Source: Takakia lepidozioides (lineage: Eukaryota; Plantae; Bryophyta). Taken from it: a stretch of DNA of 64,000 nt. The translations under genes were made by a program, and so were the position numbers. The stretch lies in the NCBI GenBank assembly GCA_030704615.1, contig CM060731.1:63302001-63366000 (forward strand), given 5' to 3'. The notes below the pieces were generated by a model. The model saw nothing but the letters and a program-made list of their open reading frames with translations. It did no database searches and was not told the DNA's origin. Shown here piece after piece: positions 58,715-64,000 of the stretch; within the stretch, counting starts at the first letter, position 1; each line of letters starts with the position of its first letter.

Positions 58715-59909
58715 GTGTAACCTGCTGACCTTGGCGAAATGCACCTATCAAACAACAAACACATATATAAATTGCAGCACAGAGTTGGCCACTCAGATTC
58801 TCCTGACAAGCAGTAGACGGAAGCCTAGCCACTCTGTTGAGTGAAGATCAACAAGAGTAAAAAAAAAGACATTGAACGAGTATTCAGTCGAAAGAAGTTG
58901 CCAATTACCGTGCAAATTGAAGTCCTACGCAAAGGCGGGCCGGGAAAGAGAAGAGCGAAGGAGAAGGGAACCACTAACGACAAAACCCTGACGCGATCGT
59001 CCTGACTGTGAAAGTAATAAACCCCTATTATCTTTGAGCATATTTTCATTTCCAATCTCATAAGATCTTTAACAGCGTCATGGAAACTGCAACTGCGTAA
59101 GATCCGGGGCCCGGTATGTACAATATGCGAGAAAATTCGATGACTTGTAACATTCGGATGACACAGCAGAAACCACCCCCACCTTCAGTATCGCATAAGA
59201 ACGATGTATTTCTGAATCAATCGATCTTCATTGCTTGAAGCGCAAGCATTCAGAGTGAGCCAGGTAATCACCACGGCCAAGAGGAACAAGTCGTCAAAGC
59301 TCTAGTCCTCACAAATCTCAGACTCGCTTCCAGCAAGGAAAAACACTCCACAGATCCCACGGACGCTCTCAAACGCAACCAGACCAAAAAATAAGTAGAA
59401 CGGCTCTTCTCACACCACAATCCGACCGAACCAAGATGCCACAATCCACAGAACAAGACCAGGAACTCAAACTAAAAAGCTCCCCCGAAAGATCGAGGAA
59501 AAGTAATAGTCCGAACACAATTGCTGGACGAAGATTCCGATGGACAATTCAACAGCCCTAATCCAGGACCTCCAAGCAAAGCATCCTCGCGTTGCGTTGC
59601 GTTGCGTGAACGTTTGCAAGGCACTCGTGTGTCTCCCTTGCGGCCCGACGCACATGGCAGTTGCAGTTGCCGCGGCTCTCTCGCTGACCGCGCGGTGAGC
59701 CTCGGCGGCCAGCTTTCCACCGCCACGGTCCCTATCCCACGTCAACGGCGTGATCTGTTGCGGATAGGATATCGCCTCGCCACATTTGTTGCTTGGCAGC
59801 CTAGCCACACTCTGCTCGTGTGACGAAATTACGAATTGTTTATTTGTTTTTTTAACCCCTAATGGACGAGGCTGGTTTGGTGGGCCCACTTCAAAACAGA
59901 ACATATGTA

Positions 59910-60931
59910 CAGTCGGCCCTCTTTAAATGTTATGCATGGAAAGTAAGGAAAACATAACATTTACAGATGTATAACAACTAACCCTAAAGGAGGGAAAAAT
60001 ATCCTACCCTAACAATTATAACCACTAGATGGAAAGTAACATATTAAAATTAAAATAAGAAAAAAGGTTTGTATTCAGCTTTATATTGAACAACAACCTC
60101 AAGACAGTACTCTTTTGCATTCAAAATGTTGATCAATTCAAAAGGAATTGCACGTCGCTAGGACATCATTAACTTCTGAAAATAATTCTGCGGACTCTTG
60201 TGGAATTAAAATTTCCTCTTCGTCGTGCTCCTCGACTTCTTCCGCTGGACCAACCATGTCCCAAATCTCATTATTGTTTGGTTGAAATGGCTCGTTCAAA
60301 CTGAGCCTCAAAATTAAGAACTCCCATGCATCCATGGTCGGAGTCTCAACACCATGAAGGACAGAAAGCTCAGCGAACTGCAAAAATCCATCAATTTCAT
60401 CCAACTCTACATTTGTACTTTATCCGGAAGCATCACCAATCTCCGTTCCGGACAGCCCATTCAGGTTCGGCATTTGAAACAAACCACAATGCCTCCAACA
60501 ATGCCTAATGGTATCACAACTTAAATGGATGCGCCATGCTTGCTCAACCATCTAGACAGCTTGGTACACATCAACCGTGGGAGCTCTATCAGCCATTAAA
60601 CTCTCAATTTGATGATGAATAAAATACTTTTTGTAATGAGCTTTGAAACATCTTATGATTCCTGCATCCATAGGTTGCCACTTAGTGGTTGTATTGGGAG
60701 GCAACATCAGTATGGTTGTGATCCTAATTGGAGGTTCCAAATCCCACCAACTAATTGGAGGTGTAACAAATATAGAGGGTGGTTCTACACCATAGAGTAT
60801 GACTTTCCTAACATTTAACAAATAACACTCTTTGACTCTTTCCTAGTGTAATATTCTACAGAGTATAAAATGTAACAATAAAAGAGATATAACACATACA
60901 TACGGAGGTAACATTTAAAGAGGGTCTACTA
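59910..60931 (-). mobile_element. Tc1/mariner pogo/Tigger-like element, internally deleted
   Basis: TA|CAGTCGGCCCTCTTTAAATGTTA ... TAACATTTAAAGAGGGTCTACTA|TA. DDE_1 fragment 'LPPNTTTKWQPMDAGIIRCFKAHY' at 60552-60720. Confidence 0.88.
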
Positions 60932-61028
60932 TACCCCCACGGATGAGGGTATATCTTTCAGGAAACATACATCCACAGGGATGAGCTGTGTGAAAGGCAG
61001 GCTAGTACCTACTTCATCCACTACTGCA

Positions 61029-61262
61029 TTTTTTTTTTCTTTTTTTTCTTTTTTTTTTCCCGAAAAGAAACCTGGGAGCGACTGCTCACAAGTCAGGCCC
61101 TTGAGGAGGGGGAAAAATTAACCCCTTTCAGATAAGCCATTAGGCACACAAGTGGAAACGTCACCACCAGACCAACCCGTCACGAACGATCCACACACCA
61201 AACAGGGCAGCAGGTTTGAACCCCGAACCACCAGGGCGACACATTGTGCACTTACCAGCTGA
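61029..61262 (-). mobile_element. tRNA-derived SINE copy 2 with A-rich tail
   Basis: Homologous to 37155-37335, with poly-T on + at 61029-61058. Confidence 0.75.
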
Positions 61263-62359
61263 TGTGCAAAACAAAACAAAATTGCAGACTCATTTGACCG
61301 TGTCATTAGGAAGATTATAACAATATTCCAAGCCCAAAATGTGTAGTATACTCCAATTTGAAAGTGAAAAAGCACCAAATGATTTTTCCTTGCTACACCC
61401 CACCCACATTCGAATTATGAGGCACCTAAAACATTTTGCCCCAAAATTTCAGAGCAGAATTCCAAAATCTGGATAAGGTTATGGAACCACAATTGCTATG
61501 GTGGAATTGTTCCGTTTCGGGTTGAGTCATCCATTAGGGGTTAAGGAGAATTTGTTTTTAAGGGGAAATACCCGGGATTGACCGCTCACAAATCAGGCCT
61601 TATAGTGAGAGGAGAAAATAACCTCTTTCATAGTAACCTCGCCATGGAACAACAGGGGAAAAAATAACCTCTATGGGGTGCCGTGAAGGTTGATCGCGGA
61701 AGGCTTGCTTCGTGACACAGGGCGGGAGAGAGGAATAGCACAAGATAAAGGAGGGGAAGAAGAAGGGTATACCAACAAGGCAAAGGCTGGCAATCAAAAA
61801 AACGGGAGCACTGCACAACAGGCAGCCATCCTAAAAGCGAACCATAAAAATCAACCTACAATTCTCAATGAATGGCAAAAGAGTGGCAGGGAAGTAACAA
61901 GAGGCAAGGACATGCAAGGAATGCCAACTATGAGGAAAGAACATGAACTACCAGGTGAGGGACCAAAGAGCCTGCACAAGAACAATTCATAAGGCACCGA
62001 AGCTGCAAGAGCCCATATAGCAACTACGGAAAAATTGTCAAATGAGAGGTGGATCTTAGATTTGCCCATCTGAGGTTGGGTAGCGAGTGAGCATGCTCAG
62101 GTGAGCACAAGCGAATATACCGCATATTCCTAAGATGCCTTCCGAATATTCTTCAGCAAAACGAAAATTGAGAAACTAAAAAATTTACGAAACTATTTTT
62201 AACTGCTCACATAGGCCCGCACAGCAACACTTAAGAAACAAGTAACCCTTATACATGATAAACATGTTACCCTATAGGCGTGGGATTTCCTCACGCAATG
62301 CTCACCTGATACTAGGCCATTTCCATGATAGACGTGAGAAAAAGGCGCTGAGACCTTAA

Positions 62360-63189
62360 CCCCTAATGGACGATTCGGGTCGCGTCAGAAATCAGAAATT
62401 GTGGCAAATCGTTGGATGACCTCGGATGAAAAAACTTTCTGAATGAAAGTTGTGCGTCATGATGTCATGCTCCTGCATGTCTGTATGGCACCCTAAAATA
62501 ATAAAAGCACTGACATCAGTAATTTTTTTAGTGTGCAAAGTACCCAATTCAGGGCCCTCCAACAGCTTTGACCTACCGACGTGGTAGGATATGGGTGGTT
62601 GTACCAATGAAAATTCATTTTGCATGCAGATAGGTTAGAAAATTCATCTATGCATGTAGATAGGTTAGAATGCTTCCAAAAAATTTGTGGCAGTGAGTTT
62701 CCACACAAGGAACAATATGACCAGAGGAATTCACCTTGTGATGAAAATTTGGACACATTTGAGGCAGATTTGGGATCAATTGTAATGGATGGTCTTTTTT
62801 AACCAACAATTTTCCCATACAAAGTAACCCCATGTGGTTTTGGAATTTGGTTCTGGAATTTTGGCCCAAGGTGCTCTACATGCCAGGCAATTAAAATCTG
62901 GGTATGATGTATCAATGAAAATTCATTTTGCCAGGCCAATTGCTTGGTCAAACCATTTTTTCACTCCAAAACTAGAGCACAGTAAAAAAATTATAGCTTG
63001 CATTTTTGTTATAATCTTCGTAATGACACGGTGAAATCAACTGAAATTTTTACAGTAGGTTCCTGAAGTAGGTAGGATTTCATATGGTTCATCCCCTGGA
63101 TGTTTGTCGAATGTCAGATATGCCCTCAAACATGAGGGCATGTTCCGTTTTGGAATGGGCCCACCAAAAACGGGCTCGTCCTTTAGGGG
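62360..63189. mobile_element. piggyBac-like non-autonomous element 2 (830 bp)
   Basis: TTAA|CCCCTAATGGACGA ... TCGTCCTTTAGGGG|TTAA. No transposase ORF. Confidence 0.72.
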
Positions 63190-63274
63190 TTAAAGGTTGT
63201 CACGTCCCATCGATAATTACCAAAAACGGGCTCGTCCTTTAGGGGTTAAAGGTTGTCACGTCCCATCGATAATT
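63163..63274 (+). repeat. 56-bp perfect tandem duplication spanning the right TIR and flank of element 2
   Basis: ACCAAAAACGGGCTCGTCCTTTAGGGGTTAAAGGTTGTCACGTCCCATCGATAATT occurs twice. Confidence 0.9.
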
Positions 63275-64000
63275 TATCGAGACGAAACTCTCACTCTCGA
63301 AACTGCCATTTAATTTCAATTTCTCAAAGCGAAATTAAAATTTTCACTCCCGAAACTACTTTTTTTTATTTTTTTTATTTAGAACGGGGGCAAAGGCCAA
63401 GCTGACAGAACTTTATTAAGATTATTAGGGTGGAGAGCAGTGTCATACTCGATCTCAGCTCTCAATGGTATGTCTCTGCCACTGTTTACATAGAGTGGTT
63501 AAGTCTCGGCTGAATATTCAACAATCAGAAGATTGGAGGGGGGGAGAGTTTCATGCTCGTAGGCCTTCCCTTTCCTGTTAGTTTTTTCATTTCCCAAGAA
63601 CCTCACTGGGCTACTCATTAGCAACTATTGACCTTTTCGTCTGCAATCCTATCAGCTCTGGTTTGGTGTATGTCTATATATATATATTAAGTTGGTTCCT
63701 TATGATATATGTTGGTACGTCAAAAAGGTCACTAGTCTTTGCATTGCAAACAATAGTTGCTTGGCATGTTGGATGCCTGACTTGCAGAGTATCAATATGG
63801 TGGTGCTCGAGATATGTAGTCAAGTTAAATGGATTTTTTGTGGACTTTTTCTCATTTACCGTCAAATTCCAGTTGATGAAAGCTCACCCTCCAAAGAATG
63901 CAGTACCTTTGATCTGTGGAGGCTTGGCCACACGCAGATTCAAATGCCTACATTATTTCAGTGCATCAAAATTTTAGTATTTTAATATCTCAATCAAGAT

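Larger units (their letters stand above)
59856..61540. mobile_element. piggyBac-like non-autonomous element 1, containing nested pogo-like element and SINE
   Basis: TTAA|CCCCTAATGGACGA ... TCATCCATTAGGGG|TTAA. Its left end is homologous to the reverse complement of element 2's right end. Confidence 0.7.

Noticed and set aside
63674-63865. BED-finger-like 'STKNPFNLTTYLEHHH'
   Set aside because: The upstream CxxC is not found, so the evidence is too weak to call.

Overview
Eukaryotic nuclear DNA, most likely from a non-seed land plant. This is inferred from the highly regular PLS-DYW editing factors and the plant-type TEs. (1) 0.7-21.4 kb: a birth-and-death cluster of intronless class-3 lipase (GHSLGG) genes, with 3 intact copies, a 3' partial copy and divergent pseudogenes. 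It is interrupted by a full-length degenerate Ty1/Copia element nested in an older Copia, and it contains a prefoldin-3 retrocopy split by a ~650 bp micro-inversion. (2) 21.8-36.2 kb: a deleted PPR pseudogene, an orphan 340-aa ORF and three nested Ty3/Gypsy elements carrying extra ORFs, followed by a 500-N gap. (3) 37-43 kb: a tRNA-derived SINE, a tRNA-like mini-LTR candidate, an L1 fragment and an F-box gene. (4) 43.5-56.1 kb: two tandem PLS-E-DYW RNA-editing PPR genes. Their upstream exons reconstruct a transit peptide plus two OSB-type 'PDF' motifs (WWDNR...PDFKHK...LW) fused to the PPR-DYW protein. This is the most notable observation. A hAT MITE containing a Harbinger-like element lies between the two genes. 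(5) 57.9-64 kb: an unknown gene and two TTAA-flanked piggyBac-like non-autonomous elements, one carrying a pogo-like element and a SINE. All calls come from reading the sequence by eye; no searches were run.
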